Source: Gemmatimonadales bacterium (GTDB taxonomy: Bacteria > Gemmatimonadota > Gemmatimonadetes > Gemmatimonadales > GWC2-71-9). Taken from it: DNA of 64,000 nucleotides. The stretch's first letter is position 1, and every line of letters begins with the position of its first letter. Positions 8,969 through 20,747 of the stretch are shown here, one piece after another. The position numbers were made by a program, and so were the translations under genes. The stretch covers positions 1 through 64,000 of the forward strand of contig JBFGJG010000009.1 in NCBI GenBank assembly GCA_041577295.1, read 5' to 3'. The notes under the pieces are model-generated. The model had not been told where the DNA came from. It worked only from the letters and a program-made list of their open reading frames with translations, and did not search any database.

Positions 8969-9056
8969 GCGGTCGTCCGTTTGGCGGTACGCGCCCCTCA
9001 GCTCTCCCCTTCGAAAATTACGGCCCTCGTTTCAAGAAGTGTCAAATGCGGATGCC

Positions 9057-11891
<2,835 letters not shown>

Positions 11892-12014
11892 AGCCTTGGA
11901 ACGTAGAAAAGTGAGCGGGTCCAGGTCAATTCCCAAGATGTGTCGAGTCTTCTTGCGATCGCCTGGGGTAGCCCGTAGTTTCACAGCCCCTTCCGATCGA
12001 GGCTTGGCGGACAC

Positions 12015-12368
12015 ATGAATGTGGGGAGCGGGTCGTCGCACGTCGTTGTTCTAACGACGCTCGAGAATCCGGACCAAGCCGTTCAGTTGGTCCGCCACCT
12101 GGTCGATCGGCGCGTCGTCGCCTGCGGTACCATTTTCGAGCGCGTGACATCGGTGTATCGGTGGAAAGGCACCGTCGAGAAGGCCACGGAAACCCAGGTA
12201 ATGCTCAAGACGCAACGTGCACTGTGGGGTGATCTGCAAGCGGCGGTGCGGGAATTGCACCCCTATGAAGTTCCAGAGCTGCTAGCGCTGCCCGTTACTG
12301 ACGGGTTATCGTCGTATCTCGACTGGGTGACTGCGGAGACCACCGTGGAAGGCAAGCGAGAGGCATGA
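12015..12368 (+). CDS. cutA: divalent-cation tolerance protein CutA
   Basis: [29 protein letters not shown]. Confidence 0.93.
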   Translation: MNVGSGSSHVVVLTTLENPDQAVQLVRHLVDRRVVACGTIFERVTSVYRWKGTVEKATETQVMLKTQRALWGDLQAAVRELHPYEVPELLALPVTDGLSSYLDWVTAETTVEGKREA

Positions 12369-13297
12369 CGCGATCTCGAAGAAACCGACGCCGTCGTCTG
12401 CGCCGGCGTCTCGGCGCGCAGTTGGCCACTCGCTCCCGTTGGGGGGCGGACGAGGGCGGAGAGGACTCGGCACACGAGGACACGCACGCCGTAACAGACG
12501 ACGAGACCGCGGTGCGACGCGCACCGACCTTCGAGTTGGTGGACGGCGAAATCGCGGACGACGCGACCGCAGAAGACGGCACCACCCACGACGATTCCGC
12601 TGCCGCGACCGCTCTGGCATCCCGCGAGACATCCGTGCAAGTCGCCACCCCACCGAACCGTGACGCCGGGAGAGACGACCAGAGTGTCGATCTCCTTTAT
12701 CGAGCGGCCCGGGAAGCAGACGCACGGGGCGAGGCGAGCCGCGCCATCGGGATCTACCGCGAGCTGCTGGAGCGGGCCCCACGGCATGTCCGGGCACGTA
12801 ACAATTTGGCACTCCTTCTGGACGAGTTGGGCGATCACGCCGGTGCCCTGTCCGAGCTCGAGCAGTGCCTCGGCTTCGAGCCCGAGAACCCGCAGGTCCT
12901 CGTGAACCGCGGGGCCGTCCTCGGCGCCACCGGGCACTACACCGAGGCCGAGTCCGATCTGCGCCGTGTGGTACAGATGGAACCCGGGAACGCGGAGGCA
13001 CACTTCAATCTCGGATTGGTGATCTCGCGAAAGGGGCTGTGGCGCGATGCGATTCCCCACCTGCGCCGCGCGATCGAGCTCGACTCGAGCCGTGCGCAGG
13101 CCTACTTCTACCTCGGCGAGGCGCTCAACCACGTGGACGACCTCGAAGGCGCGTTACAGTCCTTTCAGCGCGCGGTCGAATTGCGCCCCAGCAACCCGAA
13201 AGCACTCTACGGACTCGGGATCGTGCTCGACCGGATGAACCGACCGGACGACGCCGCCCAGATGTACCGCCGCTCGCGCGAACTCGCCGGGCCGTGA
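12365..13297 (+). CDS. TPR protein with Arg-rich then acidic N-terminus
   Basis: About 6 TPRs (ARNNLALLL, LVNRGAVL, AHFNLGL, AYFYLGE, ALYGLG); ATGA coupling to cutA. Confidence 0.85.
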   Translation: MTRSRRNRRRRLRRRLGAQLATRSRWGADEGGEDSAHEDTHAVTDDETAVRRAPTFELVDGEIADDATAEDGTTHDDSAAATALASRETSVQVATPPNRDAGRDDQSVDLLYRAAREADARGEASRAIGIYRELLERAPRHVRARNNLALLLDELGDHAGALSELEQCLGFEPENPQVLVNRGAVLGATGHYTEAESDLRRVVQMEPGNAEAHFNLGLVISRKGLWRDAIPHLRRAIELDSSRAQAYFYLGEALNHVDDLEGALQSFQRAVELRPSNPKALYGLGIVLDRMNRPDDAAQMYRRSRELAGP

Positions 13298-13797
13298 TCC
13301 GGGTGGTGGTTGAGGACCTCGCGTTCGTTGAAGCGGACGCGCTGGTTCGCCCCGCCACCGCCACCCTGCAGTCCACCTCCCCGGCCCTCCGTCGCCTCGA
13401 GCAGATCGGTGGCCCTTCCTTCATTCAGGCCCTCACCGTCCATCAGGACCTCGATGTGGGATCGGCGGTCGTGACCGCGGGAGGCGATCTGGCTGCGGAG
13501 CTCGTCATCCACGCCGTGATCTGGAGCGCTGAGGAGCCCGTCACCCCGGCAGGGGTGCGGCTGGCTCTCACCGGCGTTCTCCAGCGGGCCGCCGACTGGC
13601 AACTCGCCCGCATCGCCATCCCACCCTTGGGGATCGGCCCCGGCCAGCTGTCCCTCGAGGACGCCGTCCACGTCATGGCGGAGGTCTTGACTCGTGATCT
13701 ACCGCACGCCACTTACCCCAAGGACGTGTGTATAGTCGTGGAGACCGAAGAAGCCCGTGAAATCGTCGAAGCACACCTACGAGGGGTAATGGAGTGA
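13294..13797 (+). CDS. macro-domain protein with degenerate motifs
   Basis: IRVVVEDL..EADALV, GSAVVTAGGDL.AELVIHAV, IAIPPLGIG; GTG overlaps the TPR stop. Confidence 0.8.
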   Translation: MIRVVVEDLAFVEADALVRPATATLQSTSPALRRLEQIGGPSFIQALTVHQDLDVGSAVVTAGGDLAAELVIHAVIWSAEEPVTPAGVRLALTGVLQRAADWQLARIAIPPLGIGPGQLSLEDAVHVMAEVLTRDLPHATYPKDVCIVVETEEAREIVEAHLRGVME

Positions 13798-15329
13798 ACC
13801 GTCGCCTCTTGGCGGCGTCGATCCTCATCATCTGGTTCGTGTCCCTGGGCTGGCTCGTGCGGCGGGAGTACTTCCGTCCGCACGCCGAACTCCTGGCGGA
13901 GGCGGCCCTTGGCGTCTCACCGGGAGCCACCTACTACGAGGTGTTCCTCGGAAGCGATCAGATTGGATTCGCGTCGAACAAGATCGATACGCTTCCGGAC
14001 GCGATCCAGGTCGAGGACGCGATGTTGCTCCGCGTCCCGGCCCTGGGATCGGTGGAGCGCGTGGATGCGCGCACGGAAGTGCAGCTGAGTCGCACTCTGG
14101 CCTTGCGGGGGTTCCAAGCAACCCTCCGGAGCGGCGATACGCGCTTTGCGGCGAGGGGCACCGTCTCCGGTGACACGCTGCTGACAGTTGAGATGCAGAC
14201 CGGTGAGGGCAGCCGGTCGGTGCGCGTACCACTCGAGGAGCCAATCGTGCTTCCCGGGTTACTCCCCCTGCAACTGGCGTTTGGCGGCGGCCTCGAACCG
14301 GGCAAGACCTTTAGACTGCGCATGTTCGATCCGATTCTCCTAACGGAGCGAGATCTCGACATCACAGTCCACGCGGAGTCCACCTTCGTGGTGCCCGACT
14401 CCGCGAGCCTCGAGGACGCCGTATGGGTGGCAGCGCGCTGGGATACGGTCAGGGCGTGGCGGGTCGCGCAGCGCGTGGGTGGAGTCGAGCTCGAGGCATG
14501 GATCGATGAGCTCGGGCAGATCGTGGAGGCGACCTCGCCCATGGGGTTCGGGTTGCGCCGTACGGCATTCGAGATCGCCTACGAAAACTTCCGCCGCCGC
14601 GATTCTCGGACCTTCGCGCTGGGTACCTCGGACATCGTGCGTGGCACGGCGATCGCGGCGAACGTTCGACTCGAGGACGCCTCATTGGAGGAGTTACGCG
14701 TGCGCATTGGTGGGGTTGTCCTTGAGGGCTTCGATCTGGCGGGGGGACGGCAGACCCTCGTGGCCGATACGCTGATCGTGCGACGGGAACAACCCGATTC
14801 CGTCGTCGCCCGCTACCGGTTGCCTGACCCCCCGGCGGAGGTTGCCCGGTATCTCGCCTCGGAGCCCCTCATTCAGGCAGACGATCCGCGCATCCAAGCC
14901 CAGGCCCGCCAGATCGTGGGCCGCGAGCGGCGCCCGGAACGCGCCGCGGCGCTCCTCAGCGATTGGGTCTATGAACAGCTGGACAAGCGGATCACCATTA
15001 GCGTCCCGAGTGCCGTGGAAGTGTTGGAGACCCGGCGTGGTGACTGTAACGAGCATACAGTGCTCTACGTCGCCATGGCGCGGGCGGTGGGCCTCCCGGC
15101 CCGTACGGCGGCGGGATTGGTCTATGTGGATGGGTCCTTCTATTACCACGCGTGGCCGGAGGTCTTTCTCGGATCGTGGGTAGCCGTCGATCCGACCTTT
15201 GGCCAGTTCCCAGCAGATCCTGCGCATCTGCGCTTTACCATCGGCGGGCTCGCCAGGCAAGTCGAGCTGGTCCGGCTCATTGGCCAGGTGTCGCTCGAGA
15301 TTATCCCGACAACACCGGTGGGCACGTGA
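13794..15329 (+). CDS. membrane-anchored transglutaminase-like protein
   Basis: N-terminal TM; triad motifs GDCNEH, YHAW, WVAVDPT. Confidence 0.9.
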   Translation: MNRRLLAASILIIWFVSLGWLVRREYFRPHAELLAEAALGVSPGATYYEVFLGSDQIGFASNKIDTLPDAIQVEDAMLLRVPALGSVERVDARTEVQLSRTLALRGFQATLRSGDTRFAARGTVSGDTLLTVEMQTGEGSRSVRVPLEEPIVLPGLLPLQLAFGGGLEPGKTFRLRMFDPILLTERDLDITVHAESTFVVPDSASLEDAVWVAARWDTVRAWRVAQRVGGVELEAWIDELGQIVEATSPMGFGLRRTAFEIAYENFRRRDSRTFALGTSDIVRGTAIAANVRLEDASLEELRVRIGGVVLEGFDLAGGRQTLVADTLIVRREQPDSVVARYRLPDPPAEVARYLASEPLIQADDPRIQAQARQIVGRERRPERAAALLSDWVYEQLDKRITISVPSAVEVLETRRGDCNEHTVLYVAMARAVGLPARTAAGLVYVDGSFYYHAWPEVFLGSWVAVDPTFGQFPADPAHLRFTIGGLARQVELVRLIGQVSLEIIPTTPVGT

Positions 15330-16084
15330 TTCGTCTCGAAGCACTGACAAAGACCTACGGCAAGTTCGTCGCCGTCGATCGCCTCGACCTCCACGTCCCG
15401 CGTGGAGAGCTGTTCGGTTTCTTGGGGCCGAACGGGGCTGGCAAGACCACGACCCTTCGGATGATCGCCGGCATTTTGCGACCCACAACGGGACGGATCT
15501 GGCTCGGTGGCGATGACCTCTTCGCTCACCCGTTGATCGCCAAGGCTCGCCTCGGCTTCATCCCCGACCGGCCCTTCGTCTACGAGAAGCTGACCGGCGC
15601 GGAGTTCCTCCGTTTCGTCGCGGGGTTGTACGGTCAGGACGGCATGCTCGTGGAGCGGCGGATCGACGAGCTCCTCGATCTGTTCGAGCTCACCACCTGG
15701 AAGGACGAGCTCATCGAGGCGTACAGTCATGGGATGCGCCAAAAGCTCATCATCTCGAGCGCCGTGATCCACCGGCCGGAGTGCATTGTCGTGGATGAGC
15801 CCATGGTGGGACTCGATCCGAAAGCCGCGCGCCTGCTCAAGACGATCTTCCGCGAGTTTGTGGATCGCGGTGGTACCGTGCTGATGAGCACGCACACACT
15901 GGAAGTCGCCGAAGCAATGTGCGACCAGATTGCCATCATCCAGGCTGGCAAGATCGTCGCCCACGGCACGATGGATGATCTGCGAACACACGCCGCCGCG
16001 GGCGATGCCTCACTCGAGGATCTGTTCCTGAAGCTCACCGGAGGCGAGACCGCCAAGCAGCTCGCTGCGGTCCTGGACGGATAG
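15326..16084 (+). CDS. ABC transporter ATP-binding protein
   Basis: GPNGAGKTT, YSHGMRQK, VVDEP, STH; GTGA coupling. Confidence 0.93.
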   Translation: MIRLEALTKTYGKFVAVDRLDLHVPRGELFGFLGPNGAGKTTTLRMIAGILRPTTGRIWLGGDDLFAHPLIAKARLGFIPDRPFVYEKLTGAEFLRFVAGLYGQDGMLVERRIDELLDLFELTTWKDELIEAYSHGMRQKLIISSAVIHRPECIVVDEPMVGLDPKAARLLKTIFREFVDRGGTVLMSTHTLEVAEAMCDQIAIIQAGKIVAHGTMDDLRTHAAAGDASLEDLFLKLTGGETAKQLAAVLDG

Positions 16085-16086
16085 CC

Positions 16087-17769
16087 GTGTCGTCGCTCGT
16101 CCTCGTGCTGGCGCCGAAATGGCGCACGTTCCGGGCGCGGATGCGGGAGGAGCGAGAGGGAAGCGGATCCAAACTCCTGGTGGTCTCGTTCATCGCCCTC
16201 ATCTTCTGGATCGCGGTCTTCGGTGTGCTGTACCGCATCTTGCGGTACTTCCGCGGCGTCGAGGAAATCGGCCCCTTGCTCGCCGGCAAACTGCTGGGCC
16301 TGGTCCTGCTCTCATTCCTCGCCATCCTGCTGTTGTCGAACGTCATCACAGCACTGTCCACGTTCTTCTTGGCCAAAGATCTCGATCTGTTGGTCACCGC
16401 ACCCGTTGACTGGCTCCACATCTATCTCGCCAAGCTCGGCGAGACGCTCGTGCACAGTTCGTGGATGGTTGCGTTGATGGCCGTTCCGATCTTCACGGCG
16501 TATGGCGTGATCTACGATGGTGGACTGCTGTTTCCCTTATTCGCGCTCGTGGTGTTGCTGCCGCTGATATTGATTCCGACCGTCGTTGGCAGCGCCATGA
16601 CGTTGATTCTGGTCAACGTTTTTCCCGCGCGTCGGACGCGGGACTTACTCTCGGTCATCGCCATTGGTGCCGCGGCAGTCCTCGTGCTGTTGTTTCGGAT
16701 CGTTCGCCCCGAGCAGTTGGCCCGTCCCGAGGGCTTTCGCAATCTCCTCGATTTCATCACGGTGCTACGGACGCCTACATCGCCTTTTCTTCCCAGCGAG
16801 TGGGCGACGGACAGCATCATGAGCTTCCTGGTGGGCCCCATCGATGCATTACCGATGCTGCTGTTGTGGAGCACGGCGCTGGGGTTGGTCGTGCTCGGAG
16901 CTGTTCTCCACATGCGGCTGTACCCGACCGGATTTACCAAAGCACAGGAGGGAGCCGAGCGGTTCGTGAAGGGATGGCTGTGGCAGCGAATGTTCGAGCC
17001 GCTCTTCAAACCGCTCTCGGTAGCGAAGCGGGAATTCGTCTTGAAGGACCTCAAGCTCTTCTTTCGTGACACCACACAGTGGAGCCAACTCATCCTGCTC
17101 GCCGTACTCGTGGTGATCTACCTGTTCAACATCCGGGCACTGCCCTTGTTCACGGGGGAGCGGGTTCCGTTCTTTCTCGTGACGGTCGTGTCGTTCTTGA
17201 ATCTGGGCCTCGCGGGCTTCGTGCTCGCCTCAATCGCCGCCCGATTCATCTTTCCCTCCATCTCGCTCGAGGGACGTCAGATGTGGCTGCTCCGTTCCAG
17301 CCCCCTGGACCTCCGGACCCTCCTCTGGTCGAAGTACTGGATCGGGACGATTCCGCTTTTGGTCCTTGCCCTCGTCATCATCGTGTTCACCAACATCCTG
17401 TTGCGGGCGACGCCGTTCATGATGATCGTGAGCATCGGCACGATTGTCCTGCTCACGTTCGCGATCGGCGCGATGGCGCTCGGGTTTGGGGCGCTCTACC
17501 CGCAGTTCGAGACCGAGAACGCAGCACAAATCCCCACGTCCTTCGGTGGCCTGGTGTTCATGATGGCCACGGTTGCGCTACTCACCGTGGTCATCGTGAT
17601 CGAGGCCGTGCCGGTCTACAGCTACCTTCGCGCCAATTACTTGCAGCAACCGGTGAGCATCAACGTCGTGATGCTTGCGTCTTTCGCTGGAGTCGTAATC
17701 CTCTGCGGCCTGGCGACGGTGATTCCGCTGCGCATCGGGCTCCGACGGATCGAGCAGTTCGAGTTTTAA
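16087..17769 (+). CDS. ABC exporter permease (about 12 TM)
   Basis: DLDLLVTAPV and ISLEGRQMWLLRSSP half-repeat motifs; directly follows the ATPase. Confidence 0.85.
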   Translation: MSSLVLVLAPKWRTFRARMREEREGSGSKLLVVSFIALIFWIAVFGVLYRILRYFRGVEEIGPLLAGKLLGLVLLSFLAILLLSNVITALSTFFLAKDLDLLVTAPVDWLHIYLAKLGETLVHSSWMVALMAVPIFTAYGVIYDGGLLFPLFALVVLLPLILIPTVVGSAMTLILVNVFPARRTRDLLSVIAIGAAAVLVLLFRIVRPEQLARPEGFRNLLDFITVLRTPTSPFLPSEWATDSIMSFLVGPIDALPMLLLWSTALGLVVLGAVLHMRLYPTGFTKAQEGAERFVKGWLWQRMFEPLFKPLSVAKREFVLKDLKLFFRDTTQWSQLILLAVLVVIYLFNIRALPLFTGERVPFFLVTVVSFLNLGLAGFVLASIAARFIFPSISLEGRQMWLLRSSPLDLRTLLWSKYWIGTIPLLVLALVIIVFTNILLRATPFMMIVSIGTIVLLTFAIGAMALGFGALYPQFETENAAQIPTSFGGLVFMMATVALLTVVIVIEAVPVYSYLRANYLQQPVSINVVMLASFAGVVILCGLATVIPLRIGLRRIEQFEF

Positions 17770-17770
17770 A

Positions 17771-17873
17771 GGCGGGATAGGCGGGAGAAGCGGCATGGGC
17801 GGGATGGAGAGTCCTGCCTGTATGCCGCCTATCCCGCCTATCCCGCCATTCTGCCTATCCTGCCTATCCTGCC
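17771..17873. repeat. inverted array of degenerate 9-nt repeats between convergent genes
   Basis: About 4 GGCGGGATA-like units then about 6 TATCC(C/T)GCC-like units. Confidence 0.8.
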
Positions 17874-18826
17874 GGCGTATCTAAGACGGCGTACGGAATC
17901 CCCCACGTATTTGCGCGATAGTCATCTTCGGATTGCGTGGTAAACGTTTCCGCATCGATCGCATCGACGGCGATACGTTCACGTCCCGTCTGCCGCACGG
18001 TCCACGAGCGCTGGTAGACTCCGGGCTCGCCCTCAACCTCGTCCATGGGTAACCGCAGCCAAAGGCGTGCATTGGGACTCGCGTGGAAGAGATGCAGGAA
18101 CACGAAGGTCGGGGGAGTGTTCTCCACGTTCTCGTTGCTCACATGAGCCGTGACCGTCACCTCGTCACCTCGGCGCAGCTTGGGCAGGCCTCGCTCCACA
18201 TCGATTGGCGCACCGGGGTCGGTGATGTCTGCGAGGATCTCGCCATTCACCTCCACCGTCACCTGCAAGATGGCGACTGTCTGCTTCGCCGCATCCGTCA
18301 TGCTGAACTCGGCGGGTGAGACTTTCACCAATCGCCAGCGACGCCGTCGCCCATTCTCGTCTACCTCCTCCCGGTCGAGACGCTCAAACTCCGCATGCTG
18401 TCGCAGCGTCTCCTGAAGAGGCTTTTCCGTCGGATTGATCTGCCCGTCGTCGGTGATATCGAGCAGGAACCGCCCGTCGAAGTCGATCTCTTTCGACGCC
18501 ACGGCGGTTCCGGCCTCCTCGTCCACCTCAATGGTCACCTGACGGCGAACCGGAAATCCCCGACGACGTCCCCACAGGCGCGGTGCGGTCACCTCGGACG
18601 CCGCGGCGCCCGCGGTGGCATCGCTCGACGCCATCGACGCGCCCTCGGTGGCACCGGCCTGGCCGTAATCATCTGCGAAGAAACCCGACTCATCGAGGAG
18701 CGACACAAGCTCCTGACGCACGTCTTCGGGGATCTCCGAGCCACCGGGCGCAATCGAGTCACCGCACGCGGTGAGTCCGAGACAAAGGAGCCCGGCGACT
18801 GCTGAGAATTGGTACTTGCTACGCAT
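17864..18826 (-). CDS. lipoprotein of unknown function, paralog A
   Basis: Lipobox LTAC; RBS GGGAGG; similar to 18996..20018. Confidence 0.8.
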   Translation of the reverse strand: MRSKYQFSAVAGLLCLGLTACGDSIAPGGSEIPEDVRQELVSLLDESGFFADDYGQAGATEGASMASSDATAGAAASEVTAPRLWGRRRGFPVRRQVTIEVDEEAGTAVASKEIDFDGRFLLDITDDGQINPTEKPLQETLRQHAEFERLDREEVDENGRRRRWRLVKVSPAEFSMTDAAKQTVAILQVTVEVNGEILADITDPGAPIDVERGLPKLRRGDEVTVTAHVSNENVENTPPTFVFLHLFHASPNARLWLRLPMDEVEGEPGVYQRSWTVRQTGRERIAVDAIDAETFTTQSEDDYRANTWGIPYAVLDTPAG

Positions 18827-18868
18827 CCGTTCCTCCCTGCGAAGGTCAGTTTGGCAAACTCACCCCTG

Positions 18869-18914
18869 TAGACGCAGCAGGACGGCTGGGGTTAAACGCG
18901 TGATCTGGGTCACG
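18869..18914 (-). promoter_or_regulatory. ECF-type promoter plus CRP/FNR-like site
   Basis: AAC-N16-CGTCTA on the minus strand; CGTGA-N6-TCACG at 18899-18914. Confidence 0.45.
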
Positions 18915-18941
18915 TCGTAACCGTAAGGGGGCAACGCAAGA

Positions 18942-18975
18942 AAAACCCCCGGTGGCGTATGCCACCGGGGGTTTT
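18942..18975 (-). terminator. intrinsic terminator
   Basis: AAAACCCCCGGTGGC-GTAT-GCCACCGGGGGTTTT just downstream of lipoprotein B. Confidence 0.85.
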
Positions 18976-18995
18976 ACGACATGAGATCGACCCGT

Positions 18996-20018
18996 TTAGG
19001 TGGGCGGACCCGGATCGTCGGGCTCGCAGACCTTCTTCGTTGGAATACCCCACACGTTACCCCGGTAGTCGTCTTCCGACTCCGTCAGGAACGTTTGGGA
19101 ATCCAGCCCATCCACCATGATCTTGCCGTGGTGCGGCTGCTCGACCGTGAAGGTGTGCGTGAACACACCTTCCTCTTCCGTCATCAAGACGCGGTGCCAC
19201 GTTCCCTTCGCGTGCGTTCCTGCAAAGAAATACAGATACACGAAGGTCGGCGGTGTATTGGCATCGTTATCGTTCTCGACCGTGGCGGAAACCTTGACCT
19301 CATCTCCTTCCGCCACACAGGGAAAGTCGTCGATCGCCAGGAGAGGGATCGGATCATCCAACGTGAACGAGAGCGGATCACCCTCGGCCGGGGTGATATC
19401 GAGGGTCACGCCGGTGATGCGCACCGTACGCTCCTCTTCGGCCGTCTTGACGAACTGCGCGGGGGAGATCTGAGCGAGCTTCCAGTGCCGAGTGCGGCCC
19501 TTTTCATCGACCACTTCTTCCTCGAGGCGCTCCAACGCGGCCTGTTGAATGAGAGATTCGTTGAGCGGCTTGGACGTCGGGTTGAAAGCGCCGTCCTTGG
19601 TGATGTCCAGCCGGAACTCGCCCTCATCGAACACCAATGACTTGGTGACGATGACCAAGCCGGTCTCTTCATCCTGCTCGATCGTGACGCCACCATCCTC
19701 GGCGTTGCTTGGACGGCCGCGGAACCGCGCCCACACGGGCGTCGGTTCGACTTCCTCCGCGGGCGCGGCGACCACGGATGTCTGAGCGCCGTCGGTACCG
19801 CTGAGTTCGTTGGAGCCAAAGTCGTCCTGGAATAGGCCCGACTCATCGAGGATCTCTAGGATCTCCTCACGGTCAGCCTGTGTGAGGGCCGCGGTCGGAT
19901 TGGGATTGGTGGGATCGTCGTTCTGATCTGGGGCGCCGTTTGGACCTGCCGTATCACTGCACGCGGAGAGTGTCAGCGCGCCCAGAGCGAGAACGGTTGC
20001 GAAAGACTTTCGTCGCAT
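18996..20018 (-). CDS. lipoprotein of unknown function, paralog B
   Basis: Lipobox LSAC; RBS AGGAGG; shares DESG.F.DD.G, NTPPTFV and EDDYR.N.WGIP with paralog A. Confidence 0.8.
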   Translation of the reverse strand: MRRKSFATVLALGALTLSACSDTAGPNGAPDQNDDPTNPNPTAALTQADREEILEILDESGLFQDDFGSNELSGTDGAQTSVVAAPAEEVEPTPVWARFRGRPSNAEDGGVTIEQDEETGLVIVTKSLVFDEGEFRLDITKDGAFNPTSKPLNESLIQQAALERLEEEVVDEKGRTRHWKLAQISPAQFVKTAEEERTVRITGVTLDITPAEGDPLSFTLDDPIPLLAIDDFPCVAEGDEVKVSATVENDNDANTPPTFVYLYFFAGTHAKGTWHRVLMTEEEGVFTHTFTVEQPHHGKIMVDGLDSQTFLTESEDDYRGNVWGIPTKKVCEPDDPGPPT

Positions 20019-20195
20019 CGTTGCATCGCCTCCTTGGATTCTAGCCGTTGATCAGACGCGGAATGCCAACTTACACAATCACGAGGGGAGGTATCCCTCG
20101 TGACAAACGTTTTGCGCTGGCTCGCTTACGAAAAGTTTAACAAGAACTTAGGTAAAACCGCGGTGATCCCACTTCCCGGCCGAACGTGAGCGGGA

Positions 20196-20741
20196 TCACG
20201 CTGCCAGGCCCGCCCCGCAGGTTGGACAGTAGCGAGAGCCTTCGGGAATCGAACCGCCGCAGATCCAGCACCGCGGAAGCGCGTCCGGATTTGAGAGGAT
20301 GCGACCGCATCGCGAACAAAAACGTGCAGCGGGCTCGGGTCGTGGCCCACAAGTAGGACACAAGCCACGTGTTTGGTGTCGCGCGCGCGCAACAGCAGCC
20401 TCTGCCAGGTCCTCGAGTGACCCGGGTGTGGTTGCAACGACCTCGCCGGGGGTTTCCTCCGACTCGGTCTTGATGGCGGCCACGGCGGCCGCAGCGTACT
20501 TCGCCTTGAGGTTGGCGTAGTCTTCGTCGGAAAGTTTGCCGGTGGCACGATCGAACTCGATCTCACGCAGCGCGAGCAGTGCGCGAATCTTGGGTGAATC
20601 CGATTCTTCGAGGGGTTCGGCGTCGAGTTCGTCGAGCGCCGGCGTATCGCTCGCCGCGGCGCGGGTCGACCCCACGAGCGGCTCCAGCACGAGCGCCAAG
20701 GCGGCACAGGCGACGACGATGCCAGCGATGACCTCCAACAC
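20196..20741 (-). CDS. CcmI-like N-terminus fused to a double zinc ribbon
   Basis: TM, LREIEFDRATGKLSDEDY, then CPTC, CSRC, CWIC, CPTC. Confidence 0.7.
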   Translation of the reverse strand: MLEVIAGIVVACAALALVLEPLVGSTRAAASDTPALDELDAEPLEESDSPKIRALLALREIEFDRATGKLSDEDYANLKAKYAAAAVAAIKTESEETPGEVVATTPGSLEDLAEAAVARARHQTRGLCPTCGPRPEPAARFCSRCGRILSNPDALPRCWICGGSIPEGSRYCPTCGAGLAA

Positions 20742-20747
20742 CGGGCG

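Noticed and set aside
9015..9045. sigma70 promoter for the paralog array
   Set aside because: TTGACA is present, but the -10 is either weak (CGTAAT at 17 nt) or badly spaced (TAATTT at 19 nt); not called.
11892..12041. 50-aa N-terminal extension of UvrA
   Set aside because: It overlaps divergent cutA; homology starts at MVRDHL (11891).
12865..13293. Long N-terminus on the macrodomain ORF
   Set aside because: Out-of-frame overlap with the TPR gene; the coupled GTG at 13294 is the better start.
17771..17873. CRISPR array
   Set aside because: 9-nt units, no spacers and no cas genes.
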